Of a stretch of DNA of 64,000 nucleotides, positions 54,039 to 64,000 are shown piece by piece. A program made the translations under genes and the position numbers. The notes below the pieces were generated by a model. The model saw nothing but the letters and a program-made list of their open reading frames with translations. It searched no databases and was not told the origin of the DNA. Within the stretch, counting starts at the first letter, position 1. Each line of letters opens with the position of its first letter. The stretch lies in the NCBI GenBank assembly GCA_963714275.1, contig CAVQNT010000002.1, positions 576,001 through 640,000 on the forward strand, written 5' to 3'. The stretch is from Candidatus Bathyarchaeota archaeon (lineage in GTDB: Archaea > Thermoproteota > Bathyarchaeia > Bathyarchaeales > DTEX01).

Positions 54039-56249
54039 ATGCCACGTTTCAGGCAGTTCCCCGACATAGTCAGGCTAATGGGCACAAAAGAAAACATCCG
54101 CAACGTCGGAATACTTGCCCACATCGACCACGGCAAAACGACAATGACCGACTCGCTTCTGGCAGAAGCTGGAATCCTGTCAAGAAACATTGCGGGACAA
54201 GCCCGAGCCCTCGACTATCTTGAGGAGGAACAGAAAAGGGGCATAACCATAAAAACCGCAAACATTTCCTTGCTGTACAAGGCTGAAAACCGTTCTTACG
54301 TGATTAACCTTGTCGACACGCCGGGGCACGTGGATTTCACGGGCAAAGTCACCCGTGCGTTGAGGGCGATTGACGGTACCATCGTGGTTGTGGACGCGGT
54401 TGAGGAACTCATGGTTCAAACAGAAACCGTGACAAAACAAGCCTTAAACGAACGCGTCAAACCAGTCCTTTTCGTAAATAAGATTGATAGGCTAATCCGA
54501 GAACTCAGACTGACCAGCGAAGAGATTCAAAAAAAGATGACGCGGATAATCAGCGACTTCAACAACCTAATCGAAACCTACGGCGAACCTAAATTCAAAC
54601 GTGAATGGAAGGTGGACCCAGCCAAGGGAAATGTGGCATTCGGTTCTGCGCTGCACAAATGGGGATTCACCGTTCACACCGCTAAAAAAAAGGACGTAAG
54701 ATTCGACGATGTGATTAAGGCATACCAAAATGAAGACTACGTAAAATTAATGGATACTGTTCCCCTTCACGAAGCAATCTTGGACATGGCCGTCAGGCAA
54801 CTACCCGACCCGTCTGAAGCTGCTAAATACAGAATTCCGAAAATTTGGAAAGGCTGTCTTGATTCGGAGATTGGTCAAGCCATGTTGAACTGCGACCCGA
54901 AAGGTCCAACCGTAATGTGCGTCACTAATATGCAGACAGACCCGAGCTTAGGGCTGATTGTAACGGGCAGACTGTTTTCTGGAAGCATCAAGACAGGTGA
55001 CCAAGTTTACCTAGTCGGCACTTCAAAACAATATAACGTTCAACAGGTGTCCGTTTGCATGGGTGCCTTCCGAGAAGCTGTCGATCACGTTGACGCAGGA
55101 AACATCGCTGCGCTGCTTGGGCTTGAAAAGGTGAAGGCTGGAGAAACCCTTGTGGACAGCTCGTACGCTGAGGGCATGGTTCCTTTCGAGCGGATCACCT
55201 ACGTGTCTGAGCCTGTTATAACAGCTGCCTTAGAGCCGAAGAACCCTAAAGATTTGAGGCGACTCGTGAAGGCGATGCAGAATCTGACAGTTGATGATCC
55301 GAATTTATCAGCGTCAATCCATAAAGAAACTGGCGAATACCTTCTCAGCGGAATAGGCGAGCTGCATCTGGAAATCGCCATAAAATCTTTGAAGGATCAC
55401 GCGCCGGGGTTGGAGGTAACAACGTCTTCGCCTATCGTTGTCTATCGGGAAACGGTGCCTAAAAAAAGTCCAGTGGTGCTTGCGAAGAGCCCGAACAAAC
55501 AAAACCTGTTCTGGGTTCAGGTTGAACCATTAGATGAAAAAGTCATTGAGATGATTGAGTCTGGAAACAAGAATGCCAACGTCGACCTTAAACGCATTAA
55601 AGAAAGCCTGAACCGCGAAGCAGGATGGCCAGCTGATGAAGCGGAAAACGTTTGGGCTGTCGATGAACACAGAAACGTCCTTGTGGTCCTAACAAAAAAC
55701 CTCAAACGCACAAAAAATGTTAAAAAGGCAGTCATAGACGGGTTCAAATGGGGTTGTCAAGCTGGACCGCTCTGCGAAGAGCCAATGAGAGGTATAAAAG
55801 TAAAACTGTTGAACGCCCAGCTCCACGAAGACACAGCTCAAAGTGGACCAGTACAAGTAACTCCCGCCGTGCGAAAAACGATATTTAGTGCCTTCTTATC
55901 AGCGGACCCTGTGCTTCTTGAGCCAGTTTACAGGATACAAGTCACGGTTCCCACGATGCGTATCGGTGAAGTCGACAGGTTGTTAGCCAAAAAACATGGA
56001 AAAATAGTTTCGACCGCCCTAAAAGGAACGGTCATGGTGATTGATGGCTACATTCCTGTGGCTGAAACCTTAGGATTAGCTTCGGAATTAAGGACATTAA
56101 CGTCAGGCTCTGCCTTATGGCAAACCCAGTTTGACCATTGGGGAAAAGTTGCCAAAACTCTTTCAGCCCAAAAAATTGTGGAGATTCGTAAAAGGAAGGG
56201 TCTGCCTCCCGAAGTTCTATCAGCAAAAAGGTTTTTGGACAAAGCCTAG
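54039..56249 (+). CDS. Elongation factor 2 paralogue lacking the diphthamide His
   Basis: AHIDHGKT, RGITI, DTPGH and NKID are intact; the domain IV loop reads LHEDTAQSG instead of LHEDxxHRG. Confidence 0.9.
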   Translation: MPRFRQFPDIVRLMGTKENIRNVGILAHIDHGKTTMTDSLLAEAGILSRNIAGQARALDYLEEEQKRGITIKTANISLLYKAENRSYVINLVDTPGHVDFTGKVTRALRAIDGTIVVVDAVEELMVQTETVTKQALNERVKPVLFVNKIDRLIRELRLTSEEIQKKMTRIISDFNNLIETYGEPKFKREWKVDPAKGNVAFGSALHKWGFTVHTAKKKDVRFDDVIKAYQNEDYVKLMDTVPLHEAILDMAVRQLPDPSEAAKYRIPKIWKGCLDSEIGQAMLNCDPKGPTVMCVTNMQTDPSLGLIVTGRLFSGSIKTGDQVYLVGTSKQYNVQQVSVCMGAFREAVDHVDAGNIAALLGLEKVKAGETLVDSSYAEGMVPFERITYVSEPVITAALEPKNPKDLRRLVKAMQNLTVDDPNLSASIHKETGEYLLSGIGELHLEIAIKSLKDHAPGLEVTTSSPIVVYRETVPKKSPVVLAKSPNKQNLFWVQVEPLDEKVIEMIESGNKNANVDLKRIKESLNREAGWPADEAENVWAVDEHRNVLVVLTKNLKRTKNVKKAVIDGFKWGCQAGPLCEEPMRGIKVKLLNAQLHEDTAQSGPVQVTPAVRKTIFSAFLSADPVLLEPVYRIQVTVPTMRIGEVDRLLAKKHGKIVSTALKGTVMVIDGYIPVAETLGLASELRTLTSGSALWQTQFDHWGKVAKTLSAQKIVEIRKRKGLPPEVLSAKRFLDKA

Positions 56250-56296
56250 AGTTTGAATACTAATTCCCTTAATTCTATGAATTTTTCACAGGTTGC

Positions 56297-57155
56297 CTAC
56301 AGTAGATTGAGCCGTCGCAGATTGAATTGTTGAGGCTGAAGAAATCCTTCTCTGCAGGTTGCAAACTTCAGCCCATGCTTGAGAACAATGTCTTTCAGCT
56401 CGCAAAGAATGTTCCACCTTACGGTTCGGTCCAAGTATTTGTACCCAGAAACCCATTCTCCCTCATTGTAAGCATCCTGCAGAACATCAAAAAGCTGTGG
56501 ATCTACGCTTTTAATCATTGGAAAAAGTCCTCTAACAAGCTTCAGCGTCGACGCGGTTACTTGTTTCACGCCGATGTCAGACTGAACGAGACACAATCAC
56601 TTCGAGTTCTTCGAGGTTCCAGTTCACGGACGGAATAATCGGGTCAATCCTTACAACGGTTGGAACGCCTTCGTCAGCAACCTGTTCTAAAGCCTTAAAC
56701 CTTGAACCTGGTGGTGAAGCATGGGGCTCAATTGTTCTGGCTGTTTCTTCCCGCGGAGTTGTGATGGTCATCGAGACAACTGTCTGGGTCTTCTTAAACA
56801 GGTCTAGGTCGCGAGTTACGAGGTCGGACTTAGTTACGACGAGAATGGGAAAGCCACGTTCAACAAGAACCTCAAGGCATCTCCTCGTTATCTCGTACTC
56901 TTCCTCAAGAGGCTGGTACGGATCAGTGGTGTCGCTGAGCATGACTGGTCGCCGATTTTTTGTCCGATCAGCCATTTTGGCTATGTCCTCTTTCAGCTTC
57001 AACCTAGGAATTACTGAACCTCTGAAACTCGGAAATTTGACTGCATAACAATAGATGCATCCGTGCGTGCACCTGCCTAGATAGGGATTGATGTTATATT
57101 TTGGAAGACACGTGCAGAATGCAGACTTGACAACGTTGAAGACTGGGAGCTGCAT
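56297..57155 (-). CDS. Radical SAM protein (SPL-like/Rv2578c family); frameshifted
   Basis: NPY..CTHGCIYCY, TDPYQP.E, VTKS, RIDPIIP. Confidence 0.88.
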
Positions 57156-57290
57156 GACACCTAACCACTATAAAAAATGTTCACGACCTGTCTTAATAGG
57201 GATGTGATGTTTCGTGTTTTTATAAATAGATGTAAAATGTTAAAAGACAAAAAAGCATCCCTAGTAAGGTAAGAAGAGGAGAATGACAAA

Positions 57291-60200
57291 ATGAACATGA
57301 AAGAGTTTAGGAACCCAAGCAAGGAATACAGGCCATCGCCTTTCTGGTCGTGGAACGACGCTTTGGACCCTGAAGAACTGTGCTGGCAAGTACGAGAATT
57401 CGCTGACAAAGGGTTCGGCGGATACTTCATGCATTCCCGAGTTGGGCTTGCCACCGCCTACCTTTCTGAAGAATGGATGAAATGCATAAAAGCCTGCCTG
57501 AAAGAGGGCAAAAAAGTCGGCACAGAGTCTTGGCTCTACGACGAAGACAAGTGGCCAAGCGGATTCGCAGGAGGCTTCGTGCCAGCAAAAAGCGACGAGT
57601 ACCGAAGCAAATTCGTTTCCTACAAAGAAATAAAAGCGGAAGAAGTAGCTAAGGTTTTGAAAGACCCATCTCTACTTGGACTGTACGAAATCGAGTTTTC
57701 TTCACTTACGACGATAGAGAGCTTTAAGCGTGCGAAAAAGAAAACTGACGTTAAGGGCGACAAACGTCTTTTCATGTTCAAGGTCCAAACGGTTGAACGG
57801 GACAACTGGTTCAACGGCGAGAGCTACGTTGACCTTCTGAACCCAGAGGTAACCGAGGAGTTTCTAAAGGTAACCCATGACGCTTATGCCAAAAAGTTCA
57901 GGAAAGATTTTGGGGAGTATATGCCTGGCATGTTCACGGATGAACCCAATTACATAAGGGGTAATGCGTTTCCTTGGACAGAAGGCTTTGACTATTATTT
58001 TCTGAGGCACAACAACTACGATGTTTTTGAGAAGCTTCCGCTTTTACTTTACGACGGCAAAGGCTGCAAGAAGGTGCGGTACGATTTCTGGAGAACCGTC
58101 ACTTTACGTTTCGTTGAGGCTTGGACAATTCCTTACGCGGAAAGATGCGAAAAACTTGGCTTAATGATGACTGGCCACTACCTCTCTGAGGACACTCTTG
58201 ACTCCCAAATCAGAGTGATCGGCGCAGCCATGCCACATTACGAGTATCAGCAGCTACCTGGCATAGACCATCTGGGACGAAACATCCGAGACCCCCTTAC
58301 TTTAAAGCAATGCTCCAGCGTTTCGCACCAGTTCGGGAGGACACGGGTTCTTTCGGAGATTTTCGGAACCAGCGGACAATGCATGACGTTTGAGGACCAG
58401 AAGTGGATGGGCGACTTCCACCTTGCCCTCGGAATAACGTTCTTCTGTCCGCACCTCGCGCTTTACACGATGAAAGGCGAAGCGAAAAGAGATTGGCCAC
58501 CGACAAACAGTTATCATCAACCATACTGGGAAAACTACAGGCTCGTTAACGACTACCACTCGCGAGGAGGATACCTGTGTTCCCAAGGAAAGTTCAACGC
58601 AGACATCATTTTGCTTCATTCGATAGGTAGTGCGTGGGCAACCTTCACGCCTATTGTTGAAGGGCACGAGACGCCAGTCTGGAAATACCACAACGCGCTT
58701 GTTAAGCTCCAAGACGACCTTCTTGCGCTGCACAGAGACTTTGACTACGGCGACGAAATCATCCTTTCCCGTCATGGGCATGTGAGAGGAAAAGAGTTCA
58801 TCGTGAAGGAGGGTCGATACAGAATCGTCGTTGTGCCTCCGTCCTTAACGTGGGCAAAAACCACCATCAAACTATTGACCAAATTCATGAACGCAGGCGG
58901 CAAGGTGCTGTTTGTCGGCGAAATCCCAACTATGATTGACGGCTGCTCATGTTCAGTTTGCAGCAGAAAAATAAAAGCTGTTCTTGCGCATCCCAATGCT
59001 GTTAAGGTCAGTGCAGAAAAAGAGGACATTGCTCAAGCTTTGGACAAGATTCTGCCGAGAGCAGTCAGCGTTGCCGACGAAAAAGGCATCGAAATCGGCG
59101 ACATACTCGTGCACCACAGGGTTGTGGGAAAACGGCACATTTACTTTTTCGCGAACACAAGCCGAACCAACAGCTACGATGTAACAATCGAACTTTCTGA
59201 AAAAGGCGAAGCGACAGAATGGGACCTGTACACTGGAGATGTTTCATCGGTTGACGCTTCGACCAGTCAGGGAAAGACCATCATTAAAACACGGTTCTAT
59301 CCTACGGGCAGTCATGCGTTTGTTGTGGACGCCACGAAGCCAGCTGTAAAAAAGACCTCGCCCTCTGTCGCGAAGGCGGAAGAGAAGGTTACGAAGCTGC
59401 CGCTGAATGGAGCTTCAATCGCTTGCATCCGAATTCGTTGACGTTGGACACCTGCAAATATTCTCTCGAATGCGGAGGATGGACTGAGTACATGCCCGTT
59501 TGGAAGACTCGCAGGGAAATCTGGAAAGACACGGGACTAGGAAACTACATCGGCATACAGCCGTGGACCTTGATGCAGAAGAAGATTAAGCCCAAGAAAA
59601 CTTACAAATTACAGATACAAACAAAGTTTCTGTCGGAAGTAAAGGACAAAAAAGTGTTCCTCGTCGTCGAAAATGCTCCGTTGTGGAAGCTGACAATCAA
59701 CGGAAAAATCTTCTCCACCTACGTTAAAGAGTGGCATTGGGACAAGCAGTTCGGAAAAATCGACATATCTAAAGCCGTCAAAATCGGCGAAAACGTTGTT
59801 GAGCTTTCATGCCAGTTCAACATCGACACTCCAATAGAAGACGTGTACCTTGTCGGCGAGTTCGGAGTCAAAAAACTTTCAGACACCGAATACACACTTA
59901 CAGACGAACCCAAAACTCTAAAGAACGGAGACTGGGTTAAGCAAGGCTACCCGTTCTACGCTGGGACAATGCGATACAAGGCAACCTTTAACCTCGAAGA
60001 GAACCCGAAAGATGGCGAACGCATCTTGATACGTTTGCCTGAAGCCAAAGGAACCCTCTTCCAAGTTAAAGTGAACAGAAAAGGACCCGTGCCCATTGTC
60101 TGGCGTCCCTTGGAGGCTGACGTAACCGACTACGTGCAGAAGGGCAAGAACGAGCTAACAGTGGACGTTATAAGCTCGTTGAGGAACACCTTCGGTCCGT

Positions 60201-60352
60201 TGCACAATAAACTGGCTACCCCGTACTTCCCTTTACATTACTTGGTTGGTCCCTTCTCCTTCACGGACGAACACAACTGGACCGACGCCTACATACATGT
60301 CCCATACGGCCTAATCAACGGCGCAGAAATGGTCATAAGAAAACAGGATTGA
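57291..60352 (+). CDS. Large glycoside hydrolase, GH106 (alpha-L-rhamnosidase-like); frameshift near 59405
   Basis: PFWSWN, FMHSR.GL, WLYDEDKWPSG.AGG, FTDEP, PGIDHL, QGYPFY.G. Confidence 0.85.
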
Positions 60353-60420
60353 ACTCCCACATGAGAATTGGCAACACCTCCGCAGCGGGTTGAATGATGA
60401 GAACCCGAAACCTTTTTTCT

Positions 60421-60945
60421 TTACCAGGGGGTCTTTTTCAGCCTTAACAAATAGGCCATGATATTGACCATAAAATGAATCGGAGCGGTCAAGACGATGA
60501 TGATGAAAGCGTACGTGAGGGTGGGCGGCTGGACTGGTAGGCTGAAAAGAAGCGCCATCAACATGAAATCCAGTTGGTCAGATATGGGTAAATGTACGCC
60601 TGATTTGAGGTTCATTCGGCGTTTAATGAAAGACCCAAGTAAGTCACCCATTAAAGCTCCAAGGGACAGGACAAACCCGAGGACAACGCTTCCTTTAGGC
60701 AACCCCACGCTTGGTCCGAGGATTTCTTGGACCCACCCTACGAAGGTTCCGATTAAGATGCCAAAGACGAAGCCACGGATTGTCTTATGTGAGCCAAAAA
60801 CGGGTTTTCCGTCTCGAAACATTTTTCCGCCATCAATGGGTCTGCCACCTCCGAACAGTACGGGTGCTCCGTTGGCGCAGTAGGCAGGGAAAATGTAGTA
60901 TAGGGCGTTGAATATTTCGAGGGCAACAGTGTTGGCTACGCTCAT
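60421..60945 (-). CDS. carS: CDP-2,3-bis-(O-geranylgeranyl)-sn-glycerol synthase
   Basis: PAY.AN..P, PID.G, DG...G..KT, GDL.GSFIKRR, DQLDF, LK..PW. Confidence 0.93.
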   Translation of the reverse strand: MSVANTVALEIFNALYYIFPAYCANGAPVLFGGGRPIDGGKMFRDGKPVFGSHKTIRGFVFGILIGTFVGWVQEILGPSVGLPKGSVVLGFVLSLGALMGDLLGSFIKRRMNLKSGVHLPISDQLDFMLMALLFSLPVQPPTLTYAFIIIVLTAPIHFMVNIMAYLLRLKKTPW

Positions 60946-61091
60946 TGCTCCGGTCTCACTTGGCTTTTAACTTATTTCTTTCCTTTTCATAAGGTTGGGC
61001 ATTAATTAAGCTTAATCAATCGCAGCTTAGTATGTCATGCCAAAAAGAATAAGTGTTTAATTGAATACCTTTTTTGTCTGAAGTGACGTTT

Positions 61092-61280
61092 GTGCCTGTT
61101 GTGATTATTGAGATGTGGGAAGGAAGAACACCTGAAGACAAAGAGAAGCTGATTAAGGGCATAACCAGAGCCTTCGAGGAAATCGGCGTAAAGTCTGAGT
61201 GGCTTCACATTATCATGCACGACATTCCGAGAACGAACTGGGGCAACAAGGGACAACAAGCATCCAAAATGACGCCCTAA
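61092..61280 (+). CDS. 4-oxalocrotonate tautomerase family protein
   Basis: GTG start followed by Pro-1: PVV.I.M.EGRT.E.K..L...IT...NWG..G. Confidence 0.9.
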   Translation: MPVVIIEMWEGRTPEDKEKLIKGITRAFEEIGVKSEWLHIIMHDIPRTNWGNKGQQASKMTP

Positions 61281-61282
61281 AA

Positions 61283-61942
61283 TCACGTTTCGAACCATGC
61301 CTTCCGTAAATCCATAACCTCAACCTGCGTTGTCCCTTTAAGTTCATCAATGAACACTTGGGTCTTACTTAGCTCAGGTTCAGGTAACTTATTGTTGTAA
61401 TTGTCATATCCAACGTAGACTGTTTCAGGCTTAATCTCTTTTATCCAGTCGGCGAATTCTGGGTCATAGTTCAGAATCGGTTCTACGACAACCGCCTTGT
61501 GTTTCCAATCCAAACTTTTCATCGCCTCGAACCTCTCTTTCTGTGGAGGAGCCAATGAAAGCTTGTAGGTTCTGTTCGTTTCTATTGTCGCTCCGAGTAC
61601 CATGTTATCCGTGAACATGCCCAGAAACTCGCTGTATCTCTTAGGATTTTTTGTCAAAAACAGGAAACGCATCTTCGGCTTTGCAGTCAGCACATTTAGG
61701 ACTTTATTTATCCATTCTTTCGGAACCCATTCGCCCCACATTTCCCCCATGTCTGAAACAAAAATGAACTCGCCTTTCGGAAGCTTCTGTTTCAGCCGCC
61801 AATCAGCGAAGGTTGGCTTAAACCCGTTCGTCTTGTAGGGTTCAATGTCCATGGCAGCTAATCTTTTCGCATAATTTCTAGCCCAGCAGTAAACGCAATT
61901 GTATATGCAGCCAGTAATCGGATTCCAAGTGTCCATCAGCAT
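61283..61942 (-). CDS. DUF5131 (phage Gp37/Gp68-like) radical-SAM-like protein
   Basis: TWNPITGC...C.YCWA, IFVSDMG, FLTKNP, EP.L. Confidence 0.85.
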   Translation of the reverse strand: MLMDTWNPITGCIYNCVYCWARNYAKRLAAMDIEPYKTNGFKPTFADWRLKQKLPKGEFIFVSDMGEMWGEWVPKEWINKVLNVLTAKPKMRFLFLTKNPKRYSEFLGMFTDNMVLGATIETNRTYKLSLAPPQKERFEAMKSLDWKHKAVVVEPILNYDPEFADWIKEIKPETVYVGYDNYNNKLPEPELSKTQVFIDELKGTTQVEVMDLRKAWFET

Positions 61943-61949
61943 CTCTCCA

Positions 61950-62625
61950 TCATGGTTTCGAGCGAGAAGAAAAGATGAAATCAAGGATTTTTTTAGTTTC
62001 GTTTAAAGAATCTACGATTAGGTCCGGCTTTTCCTTCTCGAGTTCCGCTTTTGTGTATGCGCCTGACGGAATCGCAATGCACCTCATGTTCGCACTTCTC
62101 GCAGCTACCACGCCGAACACCGAATCCTCAAAAACCACGCAGTTTTCAGGCGGACACCCCATTTTCGATGCGCAGTCGAGAAAAATTTCAGGGTCAGGTT
62201 TTGGTTTTTTCACCTCGTCTGCTGTGATAACGAAATCGAAAAAGCCATCAAGCCCTTTCATCCTGAGAAGCCTGTCAATGACAGGTCTGTTGCTCATGGT
62301 TGCCAAACCGATTTTGAGTCTAAAACGCAGCGAATCCAGCAGCTCAATGGCTCCATCGAAAAGTTCGATTTCGCCAAACAATTCAGATTGAATTATTGTT
62401 TTCTTCTCCATAAGTCCATCAACCATTGACTCGTCAAAGGCAATGTCATTAGAGCTGAAGTGCGTCCTTGAACATGTTCCGTGCGCCTATCCCGATTCGT
62501 CTAACCAGAAACTCGTCGCTGACAACGCAGCCAATTCCGCGCAGAACCTTTTGGAACGAAAAAACAACAACGGGCATGGTGTCAGCTAAGGTTCCGTCCC
62601 AATCGAAAATTACAGCCCCAAACAT
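61950..62625 (-). CDS. HAD family phosphatase (beta-PGM-like); frameshifted
   Basis: FDWDGTL at the 5' end, KPKPDPE, FEDS..G..AA. Confidence 0.88.
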
Positions 62626-62647
62626 CGCTACACACTTCTTTGTTCAA

Positions 62648-63349
62648 TTAGGTTTTTAAACGGTAATCCTGCAGTCCCTCTTCTCCGATGACCAAGTAAA
62701 AAGATGTTTTTGTGTCTTTTCCCCCGCTTTTCTCCACGGACACCTTAACCATGTTCCGCGTACCTACCCGTAACAAGCCAACGATGGAGTCACACCAAAA
62801 CTTCATAACTCTCGTTGCGACGGGAGCAATGTCAGCCTCAGGCATCACGCTTCTAACCTGGCTTACAAGAAGAATAGACAATTCAAGTTTCCTGGCAATC
62901 TCAGCCAACGTTGCGACTTGACGGTTTAATTCGCGGTTCAGGTTGAATGTTTCCTTCTTGTTCAGAAGCTCCGAACGGTAAAGTGACGTGACCGTGTCGA
63001 AAACGATTAAACCGAACCTTCTGCCCACGAACCTTTCAAGATTGTCTACAAGCGCAACCTGATCCTCAAATGCTGTGGGTTTCGCGACGATGATTGAGTC
63101 AGAAACCACCACGAAATCCTGAGCAGCAATCTGAGACAACCTCTCAGGCAAAAAAGTTCCTTCACAATCCACGTACAAAGTCTTGAAGCCTAAGCGGGCA
63201 CAGTTCACCGCGCACTGCATAGCCAAAGCGGACTTACCTGTCTCTGCCTCGCCGTACAACAAGCACATTTCACGCTGCGGTAACCCGCCATCTAACGCTT
63301 GGTCAAGCAAACTGCTTCCAGTCGGTATCAGACGCTTCACGACTTTCAC
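62648..63349 (-). CDS. radB: RadB-like RecA-family ATPase
   Basis: PTG...LD..L.GG, YGE..TGKS, D.EG.F..ERL.Q; no N-terminal HhH domain. Confidence 0.85.
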   Translation of the reverse strand: MKVVKRLIPTGSSLLDQALDGGLPQREMCLLYGEAETGKSALAMQCAVNCARLGFKTLYVDCEGTFLPERLSQIAAQDFVVVSDSIIVAKPTAFEDQVALVDNLERFVGRRFGLIVFDTVTSLYRSELLNKKETFNLNRELNRQVATLAEIARKLELSILLVSQVRSVMPEADIAPVATRVMKFWCDSIVGLLRVGTRNMVKVSVEKSGGKDTKTSFYLVIGEEGLQDYRLKT

Positions 63350-63487
63350 ATCAATAGAAAAATGGACTTTTAAGACTTAAATCCTACTCTGATTGATGGC
63401 TGTTTCTGTAATTATTATTGTAAGTGGGAACCAATGTAAAGCTTAAATTCTGTTCGCGGTTTTGTTACAAGTATCAAGGGGCGTACC

Positions 63488-64000
63488 ATGAGTTCCAAAA
63501 TAGCAGTGGCCACGGTCTCAGGTAAAGCTTACTATTTGTTAGTGAACGAGCTTAGGCAGAGAAAACTGCTTTTCCTAAGCTGCATCCCAGACAAGCCAAT
63601 TCCGCCTTCAATACAGGTTGTCATAACAACGGAAACCGAAAGACCAGCCGTGAAATATCCCAATGTCTTGGTTTACAATCCCGAAAGTGAACCCTCCGAA
63701 ATCATCGACGAAGCTATACGCATAATCCAAAGCAAAGAAGCCTACAAGGAAGTTACTGTCGGAATCGACCCGGGCAAAAACTTCGGCGTAGCAGTTCTCG
63801 GCGATGGTAGAATTCTGAAGAAGACTCAAAGCTTTTCCTTAGAAAAAGCGGTTGACACGGTTCTGATGGAAATCAAGAAGAATCCGGCTCAAAGGCGCCA
63901 TGTAAAGGTTGGGAACGGAATCCCGGAACTTGCTGAGGAAATTGCGTCTCGGCTGAACACGGCATTACCTGACGACGTGTCGATAGAATTGGTGAGCGAA
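63488..64000 (+). CDS. Conserved archaeal protein with an RNase H-like domain (runs off the window)
   Basis: Open frame MSSKIAVATVSGKAYY...VGIDPGKNFGVAV...VGNG...ELVSE. Confidence 0.8.
   Translation, partial: MSSKIAVATVSGKAYYLLVNELRQRKLLFLSCIPDKPIPPSIQVVITTETERPAVKYPNVLVYNPESEPSEIIDEAIRIIQSKEAYKEVTVGIDPGKNFGVAVLGDGRILKKTQSFSLEKAVDTVLMEIKKNPAQRRHVKVGNGIPELAEEIASRLNTALPDDVSIELVSE

Noticed and set aside
60386-60407. CGGGTT-GAATGATGAG-AACCCG hairpin as a C/D or K-loop sRNA
   Set aside because: No D box or guide architecture; it lies between convergent genes before a T run, so a terminator-like hairpin is sufficient.
61283-61942. DUF5131 gene as evidence of a prophage
   Set aside because: It is embedded in a radB-HAD housekeeping run with no other viral genes.

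Overview
Archaeal chromosome segment, most consistent with Bathyarchaeia (TACK). Supporting genes are CDC48, EF-1beta, Cbf5, L14e, short-form Xpf, CarS, Mtd, Nre, an EF-2 paralogue and several cytoplasmic glycoside hydrolases. About 20 genes, including essential ones, are split by 1-bp indels that look like long-read errors. Features missed by the ORF track: a tRNA-Ser(GGA) with three BHB introns, a 28-nt BHB intron in the catalytic Asp codon of cbf5, ribosomal protein eL41, Sec61beta and a 46-aa zinc finger. Bases 1-1685 look like the right end of an element integrated at a tRNA 3' end. The most striking unexplained signal is a dispersed intergenic element in 5 copies, built from pairs of TGY-N4-CAAA boxes exactly 24 bp apart and stacked up to three pairs with a period of about 62 bp; its orientation flips across the window. 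The second is a three-gene membrane/surface cluster whose products all carry CdvA/SHOCT-like G-[EQK]-[IVL]-x4-Y hairpins. No database searches were run, so all family assignments come from motif recognition.
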